Source: Octopus bimaculoides
Lineage: Eukaryota
DNA: 47,950 bases
Reading direction: 5' to 3'
Assembly (NCBI RefSeq): GCF_001194135.2
Contig: NC_068986.1
Coordinates: forward strand, 37,396,966-37,444,915
A program made the translations under genes and the position numbers. This document shows positions 21,969 to 36,450 of this stretch, in pieces; position 1 is the first letter of the stretch, and the number at the start of each line of letters is the position of its first letter. The notes under the pieces were generated by a model, which was given only the letters and a program-made list of their open reading frames with translations, made no database searches and was not told where the DNA came from.

Positions 21969-24089
21969 NNNNNNNNNNNNNNNNNNNNNNNNNNNNNNNN
22001 NNNNNNNNNNNNNNNNNNNNNNNNNNNNNNNNNNNNNNNNNNNNNNNNNNNNNNNNNNNNNNNNNNNNNNNNNNNNNNNNNNNNNNNNNNNNNNNNNNNN
22101 NNNNNNNNNNNNNNNNNNNNNNNNNNNNNNNNNNNNNNNNNNNNNNNNNNNNNNNNNNNNNNNNNNNNNNNNNNNNNNNNNNNNNNNNNNNNNNNNNNNN
22201 NNNNNNNNNNNNNNNNNNNNNNNNNNNNNNNNNNNNNNNNNNNNNNNNNNNNNNNNNNNNNNNNNNNNNNNNNNNNNNNNNNNNNNNNNNNNNNNNNGAG
22301 GAGGAGGAGGCGGAGGAGGAGGAGGAGGAGAGATCGTGGTAGATATATTGAAAGTAGGAAAGGGGACATGAAGAAAAGTTCAAAGTTGTTTAAAATACAA
22401 AAAGAATGAAAGCAATAAAGAAGTAAAAGAAAGAATCGAAAGATGTATTGGAAAGCGAAAGGTAAGAGGATAACGCCATTAGTAGGAGAGACCAGGAAGG
22501 TGGAGTGGAAAAGTGAACTAAAATAAATTAATACCTACCTATCCACTTTTATATTCACTTTCATTTTCTTCTATTCTTTTACTAGTAGGACCCGTTTAAA
22601 TTCCGTGTAAATTCCACGGAATGGACAAAATTAAGAGGAATTATTTAAGAAAGAACGGATGCTTTGCATTTTTATAACATTCAAAGTTTAGCTTTCTTTA
22701 AATATTCTCGAAATTCGTCTCTACATTCATTTCCCCAAGTCTCCGTCGCTGTTCTCTTTTCCCTCTTTTTATTATATCTTTTAACTGTCCCTCTCTGATC
22801 CGTGCTCTATATCTGCGCATCCTTTCACGGGCAGCTTGCAATCGTGTTTCTTGTTTAGGCTAAATTAACCCTTATAAACAAATATCAATTTCTTTTTTAA
22901 GCGAGCAGACGATAAATAATGGCCCTTACGCGTGTGCGATGGTCGCTATAAAACAAATTAGTTCAAAAAATAAAAAAAAATTTCAATATCAACACATTAC
23001 CAACACCACCACCACAAAGACACACATGCACTCGTACAAGCACACACTCACATACGATGGGCTTCTTTCAGCTTCCGTTCATCAAAGCCACTTACCTTCC
23101 TAACCTGTCCTACTAGCGGCATTACCCTGCTATTTTGCTATATTCTAACCATGTTGCCTTCTTCTTCTATGTATGTATGTATGTATGTATGTATGTATGT
23201 ATTTATGTACGCATGCATGTACGCATATTGCTGTATTCGAATGCGTGAGTTAAGGAGAGAGTTTTATGCGTTCTAAGCAAAGGGAGAAGTCTATTATGTA
23301 TTCGGAGGAAGTTACAACTATTGATCAAATCTTGCTACCAAATAAAGAACAAGAACAATCTGGTAGAATTTAACAAGACTTTGCCACATAAAGTACAATA
23401 AAATATCTGAGCTGACTGTGATGGCTTGCATCAATAATCGTTAATCCACGAGCTGAAGGGTTCATGAGGACGTTCGAGAGTTTCAGTTGTGAGAAGTGGG
23501 AACATTAATCTAGCATTTCATCAGAGAGTTACGAAGAGACAGCCGTATTGTCACATTGGCTGGACGTTAAATAAACTTATCTTTTGACAGGTTATAATTC
23601 TCCTTCACTCTTTTCCTCACCCTCGACGACGTACATTACATCGATACATTACAGTCTACGGTCGATGTGAAATGAGCATAATATACTTCCCTATAAACTC
23701 TTTTACCACATATATTTGAACGATCAGAATAAATAATGAACAAACAAAATAAAAAGAACAGGGAAAGAGGACACAATAATATAGCTCTAAATGTTAGTGC
23801 CCAAGTATAGACGAAGCAAAATGGCTGAAACCAGTAAAAGTGTACATAGTGTCTCCTCCATTCAGGCAAAACAATTCAAGTAAATAGAAAATTCTAGCTT
23901 AAGGCTTTCTGTAATGCTTACCATGTTACAGCATCTGATAAGGGTTATTGGTTCATCTCACTCCAGAAGTGGGATACATTAAAACACTTACACAAACAGT
24001 CTTACGTTAACAAATATTTGTTTATATAGTTGTTTCATTCTTTTAGTATACGGTATGGTATTTCAGCTCTATATGTATTTGTATATGTA

Positions 24090-24480
<391 letters not shown>

Positions 24481-25487
24481 CTAGATAGGGACATAGCTGT
24501 ATATACCTTACATATGCATGCATATATGTATGTATATATTTGTGAGTGTGTGTATGTTAAGTGGGTGTGTTTATATACTCCTATGTGTCTTTACGTACGT
24601 CTGTAAGCAAACATTTTTCTAGATACTCTTTTATCGGCTTATATTTGAACATTTATATATTTATCATGCACTTTCGTATGTATCGATATATATTTGTGTC
24701 TAGCCATCAATCTTTGAAACCGTGATTGGTACACAATCGTACACACATCCATACACAAGAACATAAGAACACAAACACACATGCACACACACACACATAC
24801 CCACACAGTCATACACACGCTCACAGATACGACGAAAGTGGTACAATTACAATCACATAAACACGCAAGCATACACATTCATACAAGACATAGATACACA
24901 TTCTCAACACCATGAATACCATACACGTACATTTTTCTCTTTCTCCCCCTTTTATCTCACACACTCACTCTTTCTCTATCTATCTATCTATCTATCTATA
25001 TATATATATANNNNNNNNNNCATATACACACACACATCACATACACATACTGACATATTTACACATTTGTATACATAACTATATACGAATGTACACATCC
25101 ATCTCTGTACTTGATGTTTCACTGAAAGATAGAGTGGGTTGGTGATTCTCGAGGTTGGTACAAAAATTCTGTTTTGTTTTTCGTTTCGTTTCATCTCATT
25201 TGCTCCACAACGATTATGATGCATCTATGTCAATAACTTGGTGTTTTCACAACAAGCCTGGCGAAGACATCTTCACTGTTGGATCCTACCATGATAAGAC
25301 AGGTACACAGAAACAAAGAAAGAAAAAACAGAAAGAAAGAAACAAACAAACGAACGAGGAAACGAAAAAAAAGGAAGAGTGCGTGTAGGGATTGAGAACT
25401 GTGACACCTTTCTTTTCAAACATACGAGACATTCCCAGAATTCCTCCGTATGGTATTTTGATAGAAATCAACACTAACTACAGCGGC

Positions 25488-25510
25488 TACTGTTGTTGCT
25501 ACTGCTGCTG

Positions 25511-25594
<84 letters not shown>

Positions 25595-25765
25595 CGGTGG
25601 ATGAAGTTCTGTCGGTACTCCGATCCAGGACCCAGAAGAGATAAGGAGGGTGTTCCGTGATTATCTGACGGATGAAAATTCAATTTTCCTTGGCGGCTTG
25701 CAAAATTTCTATCTTGCTGCTGCTGCTGCTGCTGCTTCTATTGTTGCTGCTGTTGTTGGCTGCTG

Positions 25766-25835
<70 letters not shown>

Positions 25836-25860
25836 ATCAACGATGACGACGACGATGTCG
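25488..25860 (+). repeat. two compound (CTG)n/(CTA)n trinucleotide arrays separated by ~115 bp of unique sequence
   Basis: Direct read: 25488-25595 and 25713-25860. Confidence 0.95.
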
Positions 25861-26194
25861 ACGAAATTCGTTTCTTTTATGAAAAACGCAAATCACCTCA
25901 TAAATATAAATCGAATAAGCATACTTATAGCATCGATCTTCGTTCACTAACGATTGTATATGTAAAGTATGAAACATTAAGATTCTAAAGCTTCGAGTCG
26001 TATACTGACATCTTTTATTACATTCTTTGCGGGTATATATGTTGGTCTCAGTATACCAGATGCAATAAAAAAAAGTACTCGACTTTATTTCTTCCTGCTA
26101 AAACAAATGCCGCATGGGCAAAATCCTTTGGGTGGAAGGTGACGCCACTCTTCTTGCGTTTGTATGAAAGTTCTCGCGTCTGCAAGCTGCGTTA

Positions 26195-26372
26195 CCCAAG
26201 GGAAAGGCAAAGGCTGATACAGCTTGACACCAGTGACATTACAACTCATTTCTACAGGTGAGGGAACTGGAGCAACGTGAAATAACCCAACACGCAGCCC
26301 GGTCCGCGAATCGAACTCACTATCTCATGATTGTGACCCCGACGCTCTAACCGCTGAGCCATGCGCCTTCAT
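26195..26372 (-). mobile_element. tRNA-derived SINE family C
   Basis: The minus-strand head gaaggcgcatggctcagcggttagagcgtcgg..gagttcgattcgcggaccgggctgcgtg has clear A and B boxes. The body reads ggaactggagcaacgtgaaat. Confidence 0.88.
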
Positions 26373-27781
26373 ATACAAGCGCGCGCGTGTCTATTTGAAT
26401 ATGCTTTTAGAAAACTTTCTTGATACAGTCACATTGTTTGAAAAAATGTTTCTTAAATTCTAGTAAATAATTATCAAAAAATATATTGAAAAATATATCA
26501 AATTAATACAGATCTTACAGAAACAAACTTTTTCCATAAGTTCTGCGTTAATCTGCTTTTTGAAGATCTTTTTTCTACAAAGTTTATAAAATTATTCATT
26601 TTTAATTGGAGAAAGTGTTCTTAATTACACACATTCACAGACGCACATATACACACGTACATACATACATACATACATACATACATACATACATACATAC
26701 ATACGTGTGTATACATGCGTATACATACATACATACATACATACACGGACATTCATACGCATATATACCCCACCATTAAATAGCTCGTTCACGTGACACT
26801 TAAGCCTCTGTTAACAGAATAAATATTTCCCACTACAAAGACCGACATTTACATTTTGGTGTGTATATAAGTAGTTTTGAATTTCAGTTGCGACTGGTGG
26901 AGGTTGTCTCTCGTCACACCACTATTCGTTTCCCTACCCTCACATACGACTTCGTCGATATTTTAACTCTCAGCGTTTCAAAATATCATTTAACAAACCT
27001 ACATGTATACTAATCGTCACCAAAAACATCAGGCAAGCCAACCAGGCGGCCATTATGCGATAGCTCGACCAGCTAGAAGTAATGGCCGAATACACCTTAT
27101 GTTACATATTACACGCCCGAGCCTTTGGCCTACGGGTGTGTTGGCTCCTTTGTGCGTTTTGCTTTTGTATTGTTACTATAATAGCGTCCGACGCTCAGAA
27201 CATCCTACTGTCAAACATCGAGACTCATTCGTCTTGCCCTTTTGTCGCCATTGTTGCATCAAACTCTTCCCACCTCCTGCTCTCACTGGTCACTATTCCC
27301 CAGTCCTTACTTTACAGGACATCTACCCTCTGAAATATTTTCCCTCACGGGGGAATAACTGATGTTTATAACTCTAATAATATGCAAATCAATCCACCTC
27401 TACCTCAGTATAATTTTGTTGGAAACTCTAAAAAATCTACCGTAGTAATCCTTAAAGGTCTGACAAGAATGGCTGATGAAGACTATTGTCATTAATTAAC
27501 AGACTGGTTAATTATATCATTTTATGGATTTACACAAATGTCTAGGTGCAATCCAATGGATAGTGATGAAATGGTTCCTCAAATAATTCGAAAATATCCT
27601 AATCTTGAATAAATCTATGTAACAATATCGTCTTCATTTTTCCATCTTATGTGTGTGTGTCTGTGTATTTGCGTACGAGCGTGTTTATATATGTGTGTGT
27701 GTGTGTATACATGTATGTACGAGTGCATGCGTTTGTGTGTGTGTGTGAATGTGTGTGTATACATATGTGTACGAGTGTGTG

Positions 27782-27863
<82 letters not shown>

Positions 27864-29154
27864 TCTCTCACGGCTTGCCAATTGGCGTTGGTTTCTCTCC
27901 GTTCTCACAGTCTTGTACTTCAGCAAAAAGAGGTGATAGAATTGTCGCCACACATAATTGAGTATTGAATTTGATTCGATTTGATCAACAAAACTTGTCA
28001 ATACTGTGCTCCATCATGACTGCAATCCAATGCCCGAAACAAGTCATTTGTTTTCTTATCCAAAACTACGTCAAAAGTACTGAATTGATCTATATGAAAT
28101 TTGGAAATTATATTCTATGTATAACGGCCATAACTCCCATGAAAATTCATATATTTTTGATGTTGATGAAATTTTAACCCGAACATAACAGATGAGCATT
28201 ATTTGTAATTCAACGGTACAACAGTGTAAGACTACCNNNNNNNNNNNNNNNNNNNNNNNNNNNNNNNNNNNNNNNNNNNNNNNNNNNNNNNNNNNNNNNN
28301 NNNNNNNNNNNNNNNNNNNNNNNNNNNNNNNNNNNNNNNNNNNNNNNNNNNNNNNNNNNNNNNNNNNNNNNNNNNNNNNNNNNNNNNNNNNNNNNNNNNN
28401 NNNNNNNNNNNNNNNNNNNNNNNNNNNNNNNNNNNNNNNNNNNNNNNNNNNNNNNNNNNNNNNNNNNNNNNNNNNNNNNNNNNNNNNNNNNNNNNNNNNN
28501 NNNNNNNNNNNNNNNNNNNNNNNNNNNNNNNNNNNNNNNNNNNNNNNNNNNNNNNNNNNNNNNNNNNNNNNNNNNNNNNNNNNNNNNNNNNNNNNNNNNN
28601 NNNNNNNNNNNNNNNNNNNNNNNNNNNNNNNNNNNNNNNNNNNNNNNNNNNNNNNNNNNNNNNNNNNNNNNNNNNNNNNNNNNNNNNNNNNNNNNNNNNN
28701 NNNNNNNNNNNNNNNNNNNNNNNNNNNNNNNNNNNNNNNNNNNNNNNNNNNNNNNNNNNNNNNNNNNNNNNNNNNNNNNNNNNNNNNNNNNNNNNNNNNN
28801 NNNNNNNNNNNNNNNNNNNNNNNNNNNNNNNNNNNNNNNNNNNNNNNNNNNNNNNNNNNNNNNNNNNNNNNNNNNNNNNNNNNNNNNNNNNNNNNNNNNN
28901 NNNNNNNNNNNNNNNNNNNNNNNNNNNNNNNNNNNNNNNNNNNNNNNNNNNNNNNNNNNNNNNNNNNNNNNNNNNNNNNNNNNNNNNNNNNNNNNNNNNN
29001 NNNNNNNNNNNNNNNNNNNNNNNNNNNNNNNNNNNNNNNNNNNNNNNNNNNNNNNNNNNNNNNNNNNNNNNNNNNNNNNNNNNNNNNNNNNNNNNNNNNN
29101 NNNNNNNNNNNNNNNNNNNNNNNNNNNNNNNNNNNNNNNNNNNNNNNNNNNNNN

Positions 29155-29215
<61 letters not shown>

Positions 29216-29857
29216 ATATCCATAGAGGCGTACACATACACAGAGACACGCCTACATATCTGTGTATGTTTGTATGTAAATATACATGCAAATGTGTATA
29301 TGTGTGAGTGCTACCGTGCGTAGAAGAAGAGGAAGGTGAGGAGTAACATGTTCTTTTGAAGAAACTTATATATCGGTCAATAGACACACACCTACACGCG
29401 CACATACACGCACACACATATACATACACACACTTGTCTGTGTGTGTGTACGTATGTGATAGGCATTTAGAAAGTTAGAAGAGAAAAATCAAGGTGAAAA
29501 ACGAAGAGAAAAGAAAGATGCAAAGAAAAAAGAAAGAAAAAGAAAGGAGAGAGAAAAGAGAAAGAGAGATAAAGACAAGGACTCAAGGCTCTTGACATGT
29601 TTGGAGACGGCGGGACGCCCAAAATGTTAACAAAACTTTTCAGTCCGGCCTACAACTGTTGGCAGAAGCAGTGAATGGTGGTTAACTGGTTGGCCAACCC
29701 GGTCGAGCTGAACAGGTTGATGGCGTGTTTTTTGTATTTTTAGGGGTTTCTGTGTCGCTTGCTCTCTTTTCTTTTTTGTGATGTCCCAGTTGATGATGTT
29801 CAGATAGAACCTTTCATCATTGTCACTACACACACTGACACACACACACTCTCTTTT

Positions 29858-29908
<51 letters not shown>

Positions 29909-29961
29909 TACACACACACACACACACACACATATACAGATTTATACATGTATATGTATGT

Positions 29962-30075
29962 ATGTCATTCAGTTTTATTTCAAGATTTCTTGCCAATAGA
30001 GAAAGAGTTGGTTTCTAACCTAGATCCAAGGCTCCGTCATTGGAATTTCAACATCAACAGGGTATTTATGTTTGT
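29962..30075 (+). repeat. interspersed repeat family F, copy 1
   Basis: gatttcttgccaatagagaaagag..ctagatccaagg..cattggaatttcaacatcaacag. Its reverse complement is present at 46470-46580. Confidence 0.85.
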
Positions 30076-30469
30076 TACTTGTTTGTTTGTTCGTTTTTTT
30101 TTTGCATGTATATATGTGCACGTACGTATGTATGCATATGTGTATTAAAGTATGGATTAATAGTTGTATATATTTGTATATGGATCAATAAAGGTAGCCA
30201 GATATGTATGATTGCGTGTATATATATATATCTATGAATGTTAGTATGCATCTCTGTCTGTATAAATGTGTATGTGTAAAAGATATACATTTATATGTAT
30301 ATTATATATGAATATTTATGTATAGAGCGTTAGGTGTGATGTACAGAATTGAATATTGAGAAAAAAGTCGTCAGAATTTTGAAAAAAAAATCCTTTTATT
30401 TCTTCATTATTATTAACGCTTTCGTTCCTCTCCAGAACTTGTCAAATATTTATTTGAGGTGTAAAGACC

Positions 30470-30660
30470 ACGATCACATGGACACTGGGAAGAAGAGACG
30501 TGGCTGAGGGACCAGTTCAAGAGCTATTGGCGCCGGACGTTCCGGAAATATCTCGAACGCATGAAAAGCAATCGACCTGGGCTGGAATGAACTGCGATAA
30601 ATCAACTGCATTTGGAGGAAGCCTGCTGTTTAACCCAAATTTAATTAAGTCTATGACTAA
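30470..30660 (+). mobile_element. probable RTE-like LINE 3' coding end
   Basis: With frameshifts it reads GKKRRG..KSYWRRTFRKYLERMK..IDLGWNEL, resembling the GKRxRGRPKxTWRRTxxxDLxxM..W terminus of RTE-clade ORF2. Confidence 0.5.
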
Positions 30661-31711
30661 ACTTAGTATTTTTTTTAAATGTTCATAACAGTATTATTCA
30701 AAACTAGAATTCTTTGAAACTTTAACCTTTCGAACCCGGCGTGTTAGGTTCAAATTTCAAGTTGGTAGGCTGAGATGTAAGTGACAACGTGACGAATTTT
30801 TCAATCGCTCGATACAACACAATGTGTTATAAAGAATGTAAAAATTTATCGGATTATCCCTCATATATGAATGTTGCGAGTAATAGGAGGACTATGAATT
30901 CTTGGAAGTTAAGTTGATATACAAATTCGTAGTTACACTGGATTACAGATTTGAAAGGTCTAAAGACGATCTCAGCACCAGAAGGCAAATCCGAATGAAG
31001 TATCAGAATAAAGACAGGAAAATCATCCATTTCTTAGCTATATATGCCAGCTAATTAATGTTTTATAAATCTTCTTCATAAAAACAAATGAATACACAAC
31101 ACAAACGCATACATGTATAGATACGCAAGGATGCACATAGATACACCCAAACTGAAAGTCGGCCTAGATTTATAGCGCTCTTTTAAACAGTGGTTTTGTC
31201 ATTACAAACTATAACAATTGAATGTCTATACAGCTCCCACAGAGCAGAGTTCTATTTACGAACAGATAAGGAAACTGAATATGGAACGGCACACAGTCGG
31301 ATATTTAACAAAACAAAAAAAACTCTACACCAGTAAAAAAGTAATACGTTAAATCCTTAATCCAAAATATTGATAATTTAATTAACTGTACATGAGTGAA
31401 AGGATATCACAAAAAAAGGCAACGGCAATACACTCATTCGAGAGTCTATGAGCTTCGGAACCCGTAATTGTTCACCATGACTTAAGAAACTGCAAAAATT
31501 TCGAATATGACATCATAGAAATGACAAAAAGATATAAAACGTACAGAAGTAGCTTAGAAAATGTGTAACATTCAGCAGAAAATTTTCATATTCGCTGGCA
31601 AAGTGATAATTAAAAAAATGTTGTGCAATAGACAAGAATTTTTTTGTGCAATAGACAAAAAATTTTAAAAACCGAATCACTTAATCAAATAAAATAAAAA
31701 CATAAACAAAT

Positions 31712-31870
31712 TGGCTGTGTGGTAAGAAGCTTGCTTCCCAACCACATGGTTCCGGGTTCAGCCCCACTGCGTATTATCTATGGCAAGTGTCTTCTATTAT
31801 TGCCTCGAGACGACCAAAGCGTTGTGAGTGGATTTGGTAGACGGAAACTGACAGAAGTATATATGTGTAT
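31712..31870 (+). mobile_element. SINE family A head, well preserved
   Basis: tggctgtgtggtaagaagcttgcttcccaaccacatggttccgggttcagccccactgcg contains A- and B-box-like motifs, followed by ggcaagtgtcttcta..gtggatttggtagacggaaactga. Confidence 0.9.
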
Positions 31871-32406
31871 ATATATAATTACATTTTTGTCTTGTCTTGC
31901 AGCTCCAAGGCTTTACGTCGTATATGTATTATCATCATCAATTGTAGTCTTCGTGTGGCCCTAAGCCTTTATTCTACTTATTGTTTTGTCCCCTGTCCGT
32001 CCACTAACGGTCTTGTCTTGAGCCCGTTTCGTTTTGTTATGTTTAGGTCCCATTCCCGGCAAGTTTCTTGTCGGTGCCTCCAGAGTAGAAGCAACATTAT
32101 CGATAATAGCTGAAATTGCGTTTGACTCCTCTGGGCGATAATCGATGAAGAATTGGTGACCTATGTTTTCTGTCCGCTTGTGTATTTAGTATATGTTCGT
32201 TTATTTACTACACGTTCTTTTTTAATTATATATATAAGTCGGTCATATTTTCCGTTTATTGTCTTTTTATTTAATCCTGAATATATATATATATTTGTAA
32301 AAATATGTGACAATTTTTCGGTAGCCATTGTCACATATTGTTACAGATAAATTCCTCTATTTACATAATATCGAGGTCTCTTTCTTTCTTTTGTTGTCTT
32401 TTCTAT

Positions 32407-32472
<66 letters not shown>

Positions 32473-32889
32473 GATGTAACATAACTTACAGGCATATTGT
32501 TACACCCCCACACACGCATATATGAACATGGTTTTAAGTACATAATGTTATTTTGCTGACAGAAATTTACAAATTGAATATTTTCCTAAGATATCTATTT
32601 GAAGATAAGATAGTTAAATATATTAAAGTTTCATCTTTCAGACACGAGATTTTAACGAAAACATTTAAAACTGTTATTTTCAATCTTTTGCAAATGTGTG
32701 CACATCCGTCTAAGTGTTTAGATGCGTATATGTGTGCGTATATGTATGTATCTATTGTTGTTATTGTTGTTTTATTGTTGTTATTGCTGCTCTTGTTATT
32801 TAATCAAAGTTCAGCCCTGACCAAATTGTAGAAACTATAAATTAGATAAGCAACACCTCATCCGTTATCGACACTTTCTATAATATGAA

Positions 32890-33680
32890 GAATAAAACAT
32901 CGCACGAATTTATCCAGTTTGGTTTTGTATAATTCGTATAAGTAGTGGATTAGAAAACTTTTCCTCATAAAAGGATGGAACTTTACAAAGCATCAGCTAC
33001 AATAAGTAAATATAATTATGCGTCAAAAAATAAAATTCACTCTGGGCAAAGAAAGACGACGCAACGAGTGTATGCTACGTTGAAGCAAAGATAAGTGTAT
33101 GAGTAGAATTATAAATATTACAATGGAACGGTGATATGCATACTAGTAGACCTGTACGTATGAGGAAAAAAAAAAACACTAAGCAACAAATCCAACCACA
33201 CAGGAATAGAATTATACAGAGACGATGACGTAGCAGTCTTCCAGAATTGTTTTCTAAAGCCTAATAAAGGCTTTGAAGGAACAGAACCTTAAATTAACTA
33301 TCCGAACCAATCTGCATATTGTAAATTTCCTTGACATAAAAGTAAATGAACCACAAGACAATAATATCCTTATAGCCAACTGAACGATGTGCAGTTGCAA
33401 AAAAGCAAAATTTCTTTAATAATAAAGAACCTATTCAATAGCACAACCCTGAGAGTCCTTGGAATATTATCAGATAATTTTCGTCCAAGCAGCTCATTTC
33501 ACAATACAGGCCTAAAAATGAGTGTCTTTATAGAATATTTAAAATTTATACCAAAATTGCACTGACGATCTAAAATCAAGACAGATCTCGATTAAAAAAC
33601 ATTATCTGTTTCAAAGCTTGATTCAACTTACCCAAAGCAATAAATGTGATAAAAACATTAAATATCAAACATCCTTTTAG
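32890..33680 (+). mobile_element. Penelope-like element (PLE) reverse transcriptase fragment, decayed
   Basis: Ordered motifs: NITM..GTVICILVDLYV (cf. DVTMG.YDGAEVCELVGLY), GIELYRDDDVAVF (YRDD at 33215-33226), LIKALKEQNLKLTIRTNLHIVNFLDIKVN, IIKNL, NTGLKMS and KNIICF (cf. RNIIWFNPP). Confidence 0.85.
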
Positions 33681-34442
33681 CGGAACATGTTGCATGCATT
33701 CAGTCCAAGTTAACTTCCTCTCACCAGTGAAGATGTTCCTGCTAACAGTCATAAGCGCTACCCTAGTTTATCTGACTAAGACATTTAAAAATAAACATGT
33801 AAATATCATAGGCTATATATAGATGGCATAAGCTATATATAGATATCATAAGATGAGTGTTAATAGCACACATGGACCAGGTTAAGGTGACGTGTCATCC
33901 TAACCAAAGAGGACGAGAACTCACTAAATCACGTACAAGACGACTAGAAAATATTAAATGCTGATCCAGTCAAATATATGTACATACACATGTAGATGGT
34001 TTAACCGCTGCCACTATGTGGGTTCTTTGCATTACATTTATGTAAAGTAGGCATAGATATACGCATAGTACTATAAATGCACGCGCGCACACGCGCGCAC
34101 ACACACACGCACACGCATGCATACAAACACACACACACAAATATACACATACAAACATAAAGATTGGAGGTGTTCTGTTTTGTACGGATTATCGGTGCTA
34201 CACGACCGCCATTTTTTCTAGTTCATTTATACGGTTTTTTGCAACGTGCCAGATGAGGAGTGCTTGCTAGACTTTACCTCAAATTGTGTGTGTGTATGTG
34301 TGTGTGTGTGTGTGCGTGTATGTCTGTACGCATATGTACTCATATANNNNNNNNNNNNNNNNNNNNNNNNNNNNNNNNNNNNNNNNNNTACATATATGTA
34401 TGTAGGTATTTATGTATGCATGCATGTATGTATATATGTATG

Positions 34443-34476
<34 letters not shown>

Positions 34477-35917
34477 TGTATGTATGTATGTATGCATGTG
34501 TGTATGTATGTGTGTGGGGGGGGGGAGAGAAAGTGTGTGTGAGAAACAGAGACATGATGACGAGTTCAAACAATGAATGTTTCGAATGAGCTGAATACGG
34601 GACAGTTTAGTAATAATACACTTATGTGCGAAAAGGAGTAAAAAAAAACACACCGCAAAAAAAAACCGACAAATAACTACCAGACATCGGCGTATAATTT
34701 ATTAGTGAAAAACGATAGCATATGCTTTAAGTTATTAACTTAGTCTTGATTGACGTCATATAAAATTTGTTTTCTAGTAAGCAATATCGTGCGAGTTATT
34801 AGCAAAGTTTTGATTGACAAGCTATTTAAGTCAGAAACCGAGAAATGACGTTAAAATCCACAGTTCCTCCTGCTTCTGTTTTTTTCTTCTTTTCTTTATT
34901 TCATTTCGTTTGTGTTGATATAACACTAACGTACACATTTACAGCTCACACACACACACGCAATCATACCTATTATAGACAGATATAGATATACAAAATT
35001 ATCTGGTGATGTATATTTATAACCAATGTTTATATGTTTATACACACACAATTATGCGTGCTTTTGTGTCAGTGTATATATATATATATATATANNNNNN
35101 NNNNNNNNNNNNNNNNNNNNNNNNNNNNNNNNNNNNNNNNNNNNNNNNNNNNNNNNNNNNNNNNNNNNNNNNNNNNNNNNNNNNNNNNNNNNNNNNNNNN
35201 NNNNNNNNNNNNNNNNNNNNNNNNNNNNNNNNNNNNNNNNNNNNNNNNNNNNNNNNNNNNNNNNNNNNNNNNNNNNNNNNNNNNNNNNNNNNNNNNNNNN
35301 NNNNNNNNNNNNNNNNNNNNNNNNNNNNNNNNNNNNNNNNNNNNNNNNNNNNNNNNNNNNNNNNNNNNNNNNNNNNNNNNNNNNNNNNNNNNNNNNNNNN
35401 NNNNNNNNNNNNNNNNNNNNNNNNNNNNNNNNNNNNNNNNNNNNNNNNNNNNNNNNNNNNNNNNNNNNNNNNNNNNNNNNNNNNNNNNNNNNNNNNNNNN
35501 NNNNNNNNNNNNNNNNNNNNNNNNNNNNNNNNNNNNNNNNNNNNNNNNNNNNNNNNNNNNNNNNNNNNNNNNNNNNNNNNNNNNNNNNNNNNNNNNNNNN
35601 NNNNNNNNNNNNNNNNNNNNNNNNNNNNNNNNNNNNNNNNNNNNNNNNNNNNNNNNNNNNNNNNNNNNNNNNNNNNNNNNNNNNNNNNNNNNNNNNNNNN
35701 NNNNNNNNNNNNNNNNNNNNNNNNNNNNNNNNNNNNNNNNNNNNNNNNNNNNNNNNNNNNNNNNNNNNNNNNNNNNNNNNNNNNNNNNNNNNNNNNNNNN
35801 NNNNNNNNNNNNNNNNNNNNNNNNNNNNNNNNNNNNNNNNNNNNNNNNNNNNNNNNNNNNNNNNNNNNNNNNNNNNNNNNNNNNNNNNNNNNNNNNNNNN
35901 NNNNNNNNNNNTATATG

Positions 35918-35952
<35 letters not shown>

Positions 35953-36289
35953 ATGTATATATATGTATATATATACAGTACGAATGCTGTTTTCTGTAAA
36001 AACAAATTTTACTGATAGACTCTTCTAAAACAGAGTTGAGTAATAGAATAAATATTCTAATGAATTTTCACCATTAAGTTTGAGTTATAGCTTAGAAATA
36101 CAAGCCGTACAAGATCCAAATCTTTTCCCTCAGAAATTGTAGACGAATTTGCCAAAGGAGTAATATATAAATAGACTTCTTATTACAATCGGGCAATGTA
36201 GAACTCTATAAAGCGAAGATAAAAGGTAATAACACGACAGCAACAGCGTTTAGGCGGATTTTCATAATCAAAAGATGTATCTTTATCGA

Positions 36290-36331
36290 CATCATCACCA
36301 TCATCACCGTTATCACCACCATCACCACCAC

Positions 36332-36368
<37 letters not shown>

Positions 36369-36450
36369 GTCGTCGTCGTCGTCGTCATCATCATCATCCT
36401 CATCATCATCTTCATCATCATCATCACCATTATTATTGTTGTTGTTGCTG
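36290..36450 (+). repeat. compound (CAC)/(CAT)/(CGT) trinucleotide array
   Basis: Direct read. Confidence 0.96.

Noticed and set aside
20380-22500. Long pyrimidine-rich and purine-rich tracts giving F/S/L- or E/R/K-rich ORFs
   Set aside because: Low-complexity decayed (CT)n/(GA)n sequence with no domain signal.
23443-23478. NPRAEGFMRTFE resembling a Gypsy integrase motif
   Set aside because: Only 12 residues, and the flanking frames do not continue the integrase pattern.
26290-26372. SINE heads as functional tRNA genes
   Set aside because: A/B boxes are present, but the sequence continues into SINE bodies and lacks complete cloverleaf pairing.
27047-27088. Hairpin cggccatta..taatggccg
   Set aside because: Short 9-bp stem, and it overlaps a decayed family E fragment.
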